46,543 nt of DNA from Octopus bimaculoides (taxonomy: Eukaryota), in assembly GCF_001194135.2 (NCBI RefSeq), contig NC_068983.1, positions 80,009,646 to 80,056,188 of the forward strand, written 5' to 3'. The notes under the pieces were generated by a model. It did not search any database and was not told the origin of the DNA. It saw only the letters and a list, made by a program, of their open reading frames with translations. Positions 36,097 to 46,543 of the stretch are shown here, one piece after another. A program made the position numbers and the translations under genes. Position 1 is the first letter of the stretch, and the number at the start of each line of letters is the position of its first letter.

Positions 36097-36325
36097 AAGG
36101 CAGTGAGCTGTCAGAATCATTAGCACACCAGGCAAAATGCTTAGCGGTATTTTGTCCCGCTTTAAATTCTGAATTCAAATTCCACCAAGGTCTTCTTTGA
36201 CTTTCATCCTTTCGGGGGTTGATTAAATAAGTACCAGTTACGCATTGAGGTCAATGTAATTGACTTAATCTCCTCCCCCAAGCTGCCCTTGCACAAAAAT
36301 TTGAAATCCTTATTATTATCATTAT
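36097..36325 (+). mobile_element. SINE family B, copy 3, in tandem after the tail of copy 2
   Basis: AAGGCAGTGAGCTGTCAGAATC head, GAATTCAAATTCC B-box-like motif and CATCCTTTCGGGGGTTGATTAAATAAGTACCAG central block. Confidence 0.85.
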
Positions 36326-36886
36326 ACATTTTGCTCTGTGTGAATGCATACATTGAATAACTATATCCTATAACCACACTTCTTGTTAATATTCTAATTT
36401 ATGCAAGAAAGCTGTAACTACCTAAATTGTATAATTACCCATAAAACATAACAATACCGGTTTTGATCTGTAATTTATAATTATTTACCCATAAGCAGTC
36501 TGTTGATTTTATAATTTTATTATTGTCATATCATCATTATTATTATTACCTATTTTTTATTTATTCACTTTTGTCTCTTAAATTAATTGTATTTTTCTAC
36601 CTTAAGAAAGGTTTACAAATAATTTTTATATCTGTTGTAAAACAGTGAAGTAGCTTCATGATAAAACATTAAAACTGTTCTCATCACATCAGGATTTTTT
36701 CATACTTATTTTAAACTTTTTCAATTTAAATGATACACTAGTGAAGGTATCAATTTTCCATGACATAAAATGGATGTCATTCTTATCATTTTGTCAAGGA
36801 AGTAATAAAAAACAAAGAAAAGAAAATAATTTTCGAATGTATTAAAATGTCACTAGAGAAACTTATTAAAACTCCCCCTTTCTTTT

Positions 36887-37258
<372 letters not shown>

Positions 37259-37284
37259 TATATATATATATATATATATATATA

Positions 37285-39241
37285 TTCATTTTTGTATGCA
37301 TTTCAGCCCAAAGGCTATGGCCATGCTTGGGCAATGCCAGTGCAATGTTATCACCTTTTTAATGATCATTCTTTTGTGATTGACTTTTGGTGAAAGAGGG
37401 AGTTCAATGTTGCTGTCCTTTATTGAGTTTCTTGCTATGATGTAGCTTTGTCTGGGACCTTGGGCAGCAAGAGGTCAAGTTGTTTCTTGAAAACATCTAT
37501 GCCTACTCCATGTAGCTCTCTCAGATGTTTTAGCAAGATATTAGATAGCTGTGGGACTGTGAATTCAAAGCTATTGCAGTATATGGTCCTCAATCTAAAT
37601 AGGATGGCTGGGACTTTTGGAACAGTGCAGTGATGTCCAGTTTGGGGGCTGGTGTAGCTCTCAATGCCAAAGTCTGGTGCCAACCCCTCCAGGATCATTC
37701 ATATATATATCATTGCATATTTCTCGCATCTTTACTCCAGGGAGTAGGGTTGTAACTCTTTCAGCTGTTCCATTGATGCAATATTCCTGGTGTAACCCCA
37801 TTGAACTGCCTCAAGTTTTGCTTTAATCTGATACAGTAGGGTACCCACAGTTTAGAGCAGTAGTCCAAGTGGCTGAGTACAAATGTCCTCTATACAACCA
37901 GCATAGTTTCCTGGTCCCTTGATTTGAAAGTTCTTAGAATCCACCCAGCCGTTCACCTGCACATTGCCAACATTTGGTGATATGCATGTGAAATGAGGCA
38001 TTGTTGCTCATATCAATCCCCAGATTATGCACTGTACTTGACTTCAGGATTGCTGCTCCTTTTGGTCCAAAGTATCATTGTTGCAGTACATTAAGCACAA
38101 ACTGGCTGATAGTAGAGGTGTTGGAATTTTCCTGCATTAAATTGCTTGCTGTTTACTTCAGCTCATTTTATATAAAGTATCTGGGTCTTTCTGTAGAACA
38201 TCATCTAGTAAATGTGGCTGTCTGTTTAACTGATGCCATATCTGAAAGAGCTACCATAAATAGCAACAGCCCCAAGACAGTTCCCTGCAGTACTGCAGTC
38301 ACTATTACTGTCTCCTTGAAGAGGGCCCCATTGGCTGTCACAACCTGACTTCTGTCGTGTAACCACTCTCTTAGTTTTCTGTGTGTGTTGATTTTCTATA
38401 GCTTGTGACATATCATATCATCATATGATTAACCTTATGAAAGGTCTTTTCTAAATACACATTTGAGTGATTCATTAGTTGTTTCAATACCCAGTCATAA
38501 TTCTGCAGAAGCTGTGTAAGGCAATTTCTTCTTCAGTGGAAGCTAGGATGGGTGCCAGGGAGCAAACCATTATCCTCCAAGAATGTAATCATCTTTCTCC
38601 TCAGAATGCATTCCATGATTTTGCTGATATGTGAGGTTAAAGAAACAGGCCTATAATTTTTAGCATCTGCTCTGCTTCCTCCTTTATGGATAGCACATAT
38701 TATACCATCCTTTAACTTCCTGGAAAGTTTCTCATTTGCAGGGAAGCTTTAGAAGAGGATCAGAAGTGGCCTTGCTGGAGCTTCTTTGCATTTCTTTTGG
38801 AATCCATCAGGGCCTGTGGCTGAGTTTAAACTTATATTATCAATGACTGATCTTATGTCAGTTTCTTCTATTTCAATGTAATCAATAATTGCTATCTCTT
38901 TGTGTAGAGCTGTGGTTCTAAAGAACTCATCAGACATAAATATTTGCAAGTGTACCAATGGAGTTGTGAAAACACTTTTGTATTGCACTTATCCTTTGGA
39001 GGTCTGCAGCAAGCCAGTTTCTTCAAACAGTAGCCTTATCTGGTACTGTGCTGACACAGACTCTTTTGCCAATCTACAGAGTGCTTGAAGTTTGTCTTGC
39101 CCTCTCCTTTCCATGGGAGTGTTTGGGTTCACTTTCAATCTCAAACAATGTTTGTTTGAGCTAGGATTCTTCACTCTACTTTTAGTGGCTTATTTAGATG
39201 GCTTGAGATCTTTGCTTGTCATCTCATTAGATTCTTGCTAT

Positions 39242-39243
<2 letters not shown>
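37285..39243 (-). mobile_element. CR1-type LINE ORF2 3' half (RT to C-terminus), decayed, bounded by (TA)n and the gap
   Basis: Minus-strand motifs SATGPDG, GGSRADAKNYRPVSLTSHISKIME, AVLQGTVLGLLLFMVALSDM and FKKQLDLLLPKVPD in collinear order, with frameshifts. Confidence 0.88.
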
Positions 39244-39295
<52 letters not shown>

Positions 39296-39843
39296 NNNNN
39301 NNNNNNNNNNNNNNNNNNNNNNNNNNNNNNNNNNNNNNNNNNNNNNNNNNNNNNNNNNNNNNNNNNNNNNNNNNNNNNNNNNNNNNNNNNNNNNNNNNNN
39401 NNNNNNNNNNNNNNNNNNNNNNNNNNNNNNNNNNNNNNNNNNNNNNNNNNNNNNNNNNNNNNNNNNNNNNNNNNNNNNNNNNNNNNNNNNNNNNNNNNNN
39501 NNNNNNNNNNNNNNNNNNNNNNNNNNNNNNNNNNNNNNNNNNNNNNNNNNNNNNNNNNNNNNNNNNNNNNNNNNNNNNNNNNNNNNNNNNNNNNNNNNNN
39601 NNNNNNNNNNNNNNNNNNNNNNNNNNNNNNNNNNNNNNNNNNNNNNNNNNNNNNNNNNNNNNNNNNNNNNNNNNNNNNNNNNNNNNNNNNNNNNNNNNNN
39701 NNNNNNNNNNNNNNNNNNNNNNNNNNNNNNNNNNNNNNNNNNNNNNNNNNNNNNNNNNNNNNNNNNNNNNNNNNNNNNNNNNNNNNNNNNNNNNNNNNNN
39801 NNNNNNNNNNNNNNNNNNNNNNNNNNNNNNNNNNNNNNNNNNN
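39296..39843. other. Assembly gap (548 N)
   Basis: Run of N. Confidence 1.
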
Positions 39844-39891
39844 GACTGAATCTGGAACCATTTGGTCGGAAAGCAAGCTTCTTACCACACA

Positions 39892-39897
<6 letters not shown>
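39844..39897 (-). mobile_element. SINE family A head fragment abutting the gap
   Basis: GACTGAATCTGGAACC...AAGCAAGCTTCTTACCACACAGCC. Confidence 0.7.
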
Positions 39898-39938
<41 letters not shown>

Positions 39939-42900
39939 ATTTGGTTGTATTTTACTTTTGCATATTTATGTATATATTTCTAACTAGAAATTACAGAAAT
40001 CACATTAAAATCAAATTAGATGATGTAGCTTTAGGTATCCCTAAAGATACAGGTTAACCATAGTTGTAATACTTTTGATCATTGGTCTGCTTGATGCTAG
40101 TTGATCTTGATCATAATAACATAATATATTGACTGATTTGTTTCAATTACCATTGCAAAAAGCAAATAAAATTGTTCTTTAAAAGAGACTTATTCTTTAA
40201 AGCTGTTACATCTGTAATTTAAAGCTTTGGTTACAGTCAGATGCTTTTAATTTTTTATAAAATGTATATTCAAGATATCTAAATTTTGTATTCACTTGTG
40301 ATAACTGGAATAGCTATCTTTATGCTGCCAGAATAATTTTGAAAAGCAAATGATAAAAATCATATTCTGAATCATCCCAATGAGAGTATATTCTAATATG
40401 GGACAAAGTTACTGAATATTCTCTCTACTGACAAAGTAGTGATTATTTTTCTAAAACTATCTGGGTGATTTATCTTGTATGCATCTCACATGTTTACTCT
40501 TAGAGCTCATAAAATAATTCCTTAAAGGTTTGATCATGCTGCTTTCCTGTGCCAAAACACACTTTTATATTGTTCTGCATGAAATGGTTGTCTCAATTCA
40601 AAGACATTGAAATTAGTTCTGCCGCCAAGATGTTTAGATGAATTAAATAAAGGTTCTCCAGATTATATTGTTACAATTTCCCTTTATTTGTGAATTTGAC
40701 CATTAATGTAAATTATGTTTAGAATGGAATAAATTTTTTTATTGTCAATGGTCCTTATATAATGGGATTTGTTTTAGCGATGATTTATACCGAAGTTGGC
40801 ATTCTTTGAGCAAACATCAAAAGTCATTCGAATGTGTGACCATCTTATCTTTCTTCTTTTCCAAGAATTGTGTCATCTGAACTACATTATTCAATATGCC
40901 ATATTTTTATTAAAAAGACTATTGGATAGTTTTGAGAAAAATTTTATTGCTATTTCTAGCAGGTTCAGTGACTGTAATAGTTAGTATAAGTGGCAGAAAT
41001 GGTGGAGCAAAAGATGAAATTCTCTGCAATACTTAGTTTCTATTTCATGTCTTCTAAGATCAAAGGTCACTAGAATTGCCATTGTCTTTCATCATTTCAA
41101 AAAGTATTATGATTGATTTAATCAATTGGTCTACTTCTCTTGAAATACTGTCATGTGATGAATCACATGACAGTATTTCAAGTTTATTTTGCCATTACAC
41201 ATGTTTCAAGTTCTAATCTAGTATGCAACATCTTGGGGAAATGTCTTCAGTTCAATCTAAGTTTTCTGAGTGAAATTGGGTTGACAAAAACTGTGCAGAA
41301 GCTCATTGTAGTTCACCTATTCTGTGGTATTATTGCATAACCTAATTTAACCTCACTACCTGATCCTTAGGTGCATTTAGCAGTTTACACTGTGCTACAA
41401 GTATTCAAACCAGGTCTCTAGTCTGTTGGTTACTTAATATCTTATGGTTCTGTTACCTATTGCAACAACTCATGGGAAGAAAAAGAAAAACCAGGGTTTC
41501 TTCTTTACTTTTCCTTTCATCTATTTAGGGGTCTCCGCAAAGATCATGAGTGCTGGCCTTTTTTCCCTAAACAAACAAAAATAAAGCCAGAAAGAAAAAA
41601 AATTCTATTTCTATAGTTATCATTTACAAAAAAATTCCATTTTTTTTTTTTTTTCAAATGAAGCCTGAATATATTTCATGAAATAAAATGTACATATTGT
41701 TTATAGTTGAGCATGTTTATACAAATAGTGACTCTTTTCTTCAACATGGAAATTAAATCAACATCATTTACTATATTCAATAGTCATCATGCTGAAATTT
41801 GAACTAATGTAAGCATCTCAGTTACTCACAAGCCCTCTTCAAGCAATAACATCCCATTCCTGTAATAAACTGAATGCTTGATGCTGACCAATCCCCAAAC
41901 TCAATGTACTAAATAGCATTTTTTTTAACACTTCAATGTTTTTATATGATGACAAAAAACTTTATTATCTCAACAGAATTATAACTTAGAACTGTTACCA
42001 AAGAACTGATTAATCATCCTCTTTAGTTCTGCATTCTATTAGTGGACCATCATCTTTTCTTAGACCTAGCATATCACATATAGTTTCACTTATTTGCTTA
42101 GGCAAACTTATTTGCTCAGTCAACATGTTTTTGATATGATATTGGGCATGTTTTCATGTTATTCCAACACTAAGGATTTGATTAGTTCCTTTATTAGTAA
42201 GTTGTGTCATTTAGAAAATTATTCAGTTTGGAAGTATATGTCACTTATTTCAAGCAGTGCAGTAAGTTCAGTCCGATATTGAATTAAGTATCAAGCTACT
42301 TTCTTTCAGCTGAATTCTGTACATGAAGGCATGAAGGACATAAAACTTGTATTAGAAGGTATAACAGTCGTATTTAAGGGTAATATGAACTGCAAAACTA
42401 ACCAAATTTCTGCAGTGGATAATATTCATAAAAAAGGAGTACTATAAAAAATATCCATAGTTGCAACTAGTATCAGCTGAATTTTATCTAATAGATTTAT
42501 TTATCAGATTGATGCATCAAGGAAAGTAAGGGGTTTCTCACAAAGCCTTCGTAATTGGGTAAAATTTGAACTCATGCTTTAGAAGTCAAATTATTTATTT
42601 TAAACTTGTTAAAAAGTTGGGGAAAAGACCTTTGACTATGGAAACAAACCACTAATCTCTGTTGATTGTTCAGTAATATATTAACTCATCTACTCTCTAA
42701 ACTATATCTATTTGAAAACATTCTTATGTCTAGATAGTGATGAAAAAAAAACACTCCAAGTATTTTTTTTTCATATTATAGTGCTATTAAACATGTGAAC
42801 TAAAAGTTATGTTTGCTATTTCACTATGAACAAACTATTTCTAATTTCCTGTTTTCTGTGCTTATAATAAACAAGTATAAACTGTTTTATACTATTTAAC

Positions 42901-43257
42901 TGCATGAATAAATGCTTACACAGCTTCTCATTACTAATACCACAGACTTTAGAAAGGCCTATCCATTTTGTTTATTATATTATGACAATTGATAAAGTCT
43001 TCTCTTCGGTAACCTATGTTCAAATACATTGACTTCAGTCTCATGACCTGCTTTATACTATTTCCAGTTATTCTCTTGCTAACTTCCACTAAATTAATGG
43101 GAATTTTGTCTCTGTGTTTTGGTTACAATCAACCTTCTAAAATGTAAACTTCACCTCTACTATCATTCCTACTATTATCTTTTACAAAATGATTGCTGTT
43201 TACTCTAGTAATGTTGACTCCAAATCTTTGCTTTATCACAAGCCTATGAGCTCATTA

Positions 43258-43445
43258 GACCAGAGCTTATCATAGTTCCCATGTCATGTAAGTAACTGAG
43301 AGTACAATAATCTTCTTGAATGGACACCAGTCCATTGCAGAGTTAATTCCCAGCTGCTACTGGTATTCATTTTCAGTTGAGTGAACTGGAGCAATATGAA
43401 ATGAAATGCTTTTCTAAAGAACCCACTGCATCACGTGGTCTGGAA
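43258..43445 (-). mobile_element. Decayed SINE of a third type
   Basis: GAGCTTATC...GTCCATTGCAGAGTTAATTCCCAGC...GGTATTCATTTTCAGTTGAGTGAACTGGAGCAA resembles widespread invertebrate core-domain SINEs. Family not assigned. Confidence 0.45.
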
Positions 43446-43845
43446 AATGAGACCCTAATGGCAATGTCACATCCTTTCTCAAACTTAGAGCAGTCTTGGG
43501 TATGGAAGTCATAGAGTCCATGATCTTGTGATACTGCTCACCCAACTAATAAACTGATGGTCTTTGATATGCATTACTTCAATGTCTGCACAAAACAAAA
43601 AACATGAGTGTAAGTGGAATTTAAAAAGGATGCAGTTCTCCAGAGCTTGTAATGGGGAATGATGTGTCTGGTACAAGATCTTGGGTGTGATGTACAGAAG
43701 GGACATACAGCTAGTTTAGAAGAGCAGAGGCAGAAAAAAAGTATTTCCCAATTAGCAAAAAGGAATTCTTATGGGTGTTGGGTCTAACATGTTTTATATG
43801 CATGTTTGCTGCAACACTGTCTCCAAACCCAGCAAGTAAGATATA

Positions 43846-44065
43846 TTCTTTTTATCCTTTTATTTGTTTCAATCATTTGACTGTGGCCACGCTGGAGCAC
43901 CACCTTTAGTCAGGCAAATCGACCCTTGGACTTATTCTTTGTAAGCGTAGTACTTATTCTATTGGTCTCTTTTGCCAAACTGCTAAGTTATGGGAACATA
44001 AACACATCAGCACCAGTTGTCAAGCGATGTTGAGGGGACAAACACAGACATGCAAACATATATAC

Positions 44066-44106
<41 letters not shown>

Positions 44107-44172
44107 CGACGGGCTTCTTTCAGTTTCTGTCTATCAAATCCACTCACAAGGCTTTGGTCAGCCTGAGGACAT
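43846..44172 (-). mobile_element. SINE family A, lacking head
   Basis: High similarity to the reverse complement of 10579-10992 from the tail to the CACAAGGCTTTGGTC block. Confidence 0.85.
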
Positions 44173-44178
44173 TTGTCC

Positions 44179-44209
<31 letters not shown>

Positions 44210-44359
44210 AGCAGTGTGGAAAAGTGGGTTACAGATGAGCTTTGTAAAGAATCAGAAATGGGTCAATGCTGAAGTATTTTCTTAGAAGTATAGTCTTTGA
44301 GCAACTGTTTTGGCTACATTGTATGTATTTGTTCAGTTGTTCATCCATTTTGTAATCAT

Positions 44360-44721
44360 TTTTCCAACATGGGTTGTAGGGATATATTATCACTCCATTG
44401 CTTTAAAGTTGGATGCCCTTCCTGACACTAACTAAGCCTTACCTATTTTGGAAGTAAAGGATTTCACACGTCATCAAAGGTGCTAAGTAACTGAGCAATT
44501 TGTTGGCAAAAACAGTACCAACTTCATTCTTAGCTTATGACTTCCATTGAGCATGATTGTAAGCAAACACACACACACACACATACACATAAATATGATA
44601 GGTTTCATTCAGTTTTGTCTACCAAATTCATTCTCAAGGATTTGGTTCACCTGATGCTACAATAGGAACATTTACCCAGACGTGACTGGGAAGTAAACAT
44701 TTTAATCACAAAACCATGCCT
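44360..44721 (-). mobile_element. SINE with family A head and RTE-type tail, decayed
   Basis: GTTGGATGCCCTTCCTGACAC tail block plus GTCTACCAAATTCA...AACCATGCCT head. Confidence 0.65.
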
Positions 44722-44741
44722 CTATATTTGATGTGTGTGTG

Positions 44742-44912
44742 TTCTTTTATTTGTTTTTGTCATTTAGCTGCAGTCATGGTGGGGCACCACCTTGGAGGGT
44801 TTTAGTCAAACAAATTAACCCCAGGATTTATTTCTTAAGGCTAGTGCTTATTGTGGACTGCTACTTTACCATATGGTTGGGGAGCAATCTTCTTACCATA
44901 CAGCCACACTTA
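44742..44912 (-). mobile_element. Internally deleted SINE family A
   Basis: Family A tail joined almost directly to the head (CTTCTTACCATACAGCCAC). Confidence 0.7.
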
Positions 44913-46543
44913 GTCACCATGAGAAATCATCACAGACCTAAAAAATTGAGGGATTTGTGTTGATCATATGTGAAAGAGATGTGTTACAAAATAGTCTTTG
45001 TCCTCTTGAAGGAAACCAAGTACATTTTAATGTTGGGAAGAAACTGACTGGTTTCTAGATTTATCCATTTGACATTGTAAATCCCTGAAACTGTGGTTCT
45101 GCTTTGCATCAGTCTTACAGAATTATTGTTGGCAATACTATATCATTTATTTTATTCATTTTGTCTGTTTGTTTTTTAAGGAAAAGAAAAATTAATAAAA
45201 TAAGTTCTAAATCAGTTAAACTACAAAAACAATAACTTGATTTGCTCCTGAATGTCATAATACTTCATTGACTTGACCTTCCTGTCAGTTTTCTCATTGG
45301 TTGAATATTCTCACACTCTCACTTTTATGATTTTGCTTTCATCTAGTTCTACTTCTACTACAATCTAATTTATTTTTTTCTAAATTCTTTTTATAAAAAA
45401 TTCAATTTCTTTATTTTTCTTTTATACATTGCAGTAATATTTTTTGAAAAACTATTTTCTCTGACAATCTATTTTTCAATGGACATTATTAAACTTTCCA
45501 CTATATTTTTTTTCCCCTTTTTCTTTTTTTCCACAGAAAATCAATTTGATCATTTTTGTAGATCAGTTTTATATACATTTCTAAATCATTGCTGTTGCAC
45601 TTAGCATTTGGAGAAGAATAAATTATTCAATATGATTGGTTGGATCATACCTGCCATTGCTTAGCAACAAAAATATAAACAGTTATGGAGATAATGTAAT
45701 TATTGATTTCAGTCAATAACATTAATGCACTCTCTAAAGCAAATAAAAGTAGCATATATTTAGAAATATGTAAACATATTTAAGATTTGTATAAGAACAC
45801 ACATTTTAAAAGCATAACATACTTTTGTTTAGAGTAAACAAAAGCAGTTATGGCTTGCCCCAATCTGTAGAGTATGTAATTTTGTTACCAATCAAAATAA
45901 ATATTGTTAATTGTTATAACTTTCTACTGATTTAAGTTCTAGGCTCCCTGTTTAACTTTGGTTCCTCTTTTGATTTTCTGAAATAGCTTTTCACTATTAT
46001 TTGAGATATTTGCACTGATTTTACTCATGAGGCTATGTATAGCCTCATATTTATTTTGGGTGGGAACTTAGATTGTGTGGCAGTCATGCTTTTCTATAAT
46101 ACATTAACAATATGATTGATACACCTATACCCTGAATAAAACAAGTTCATGGTAACTGCTTGCTTCATCACTCCTCTACTGCACAGTATTGCAATTATAA
46201 AGAATTAAATTTAATTATAATTTATCTCGAAGAATGCTGTTAAATTATAAATACCTTAAAATTATGAACACGTGAAAATAACTTTGTTTTACCTTTTTAT
46301 TACTATGATAATGATGATGATAACAGAGCAGTTTAAATATAATCTATGTTTGTATTGTGAAAAACAGTGCTTCTCAAGGTGAGAAATGCCATTCCCTGAA
46401 GTGGGATTGAAATTTTTATATGAATACAGGTGACAAAAAGGATAGTCATGGAATGATAGAATATCTGTGCAGTTTTTTTCAATCTTTGCTATTTAAATAT
46501 TAACTTAAAATATATACATGTATATATATATATATATATATAT

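Noticed and set aside
39092-39934. ORFs of 204-280 aa
   Set aside because: They consist of (TA)n and N-gap translation.
42310-42358. Candidate 49-nt exon (TTCTTTCAG...GAAG|GTATAA)
   Set aside because: The frame continuing from the phase-1 donor at 35266 hits a stop. There is no homology evidence, and the region may be an old transposase remnant.
46366-46420. CAGTGCTTCTCAA hAT-like terminus
   Set aside because: No matching second terminus or TSD is visible before the window ends.

Overview
AT-rich eukaryotic genomic DNA, almost entirely intronic or intergenic. The SINE families and dense microsatellites look like an octopus (coleoid cephalopod) draft scaffold; this is recognition from memory, not a database hit. 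It has five 10-N gaps and one 548-N gap. Only one convincing host coding segment is present: a ~1.43-kb + strand exon (33841-35266) encoding a low-complexity protein region that begins with an MGNKSS myristoylation-like motif and cannot be assigned to a gene. The rest is a transposon landscape: a near-full-length decayed RTE LINE, other RTE fragments, a CR1-type LINE, two R4/Dong-like restriction-endonuclease LINE ends, two tRNA-derived SINE families, and mariner/pogo and hAT MITEs. The most notable observations are two minimal hammerhead ribozyme motifs. One caps a long hairpin at 22763-22850 inside a direct-repeat-flanked ~330-bp unit. The other lies at the centre of a near-perfect 113-bp-arm palindrome just downstream of the exon. 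Also notable are an inverted SINE duplication whose mismatches are strongly strand-skewed, a perfect 64-bp inverted repeat 1.5 kb apart, and a multi-layer nested insertion at 9.7-11.8 kb.
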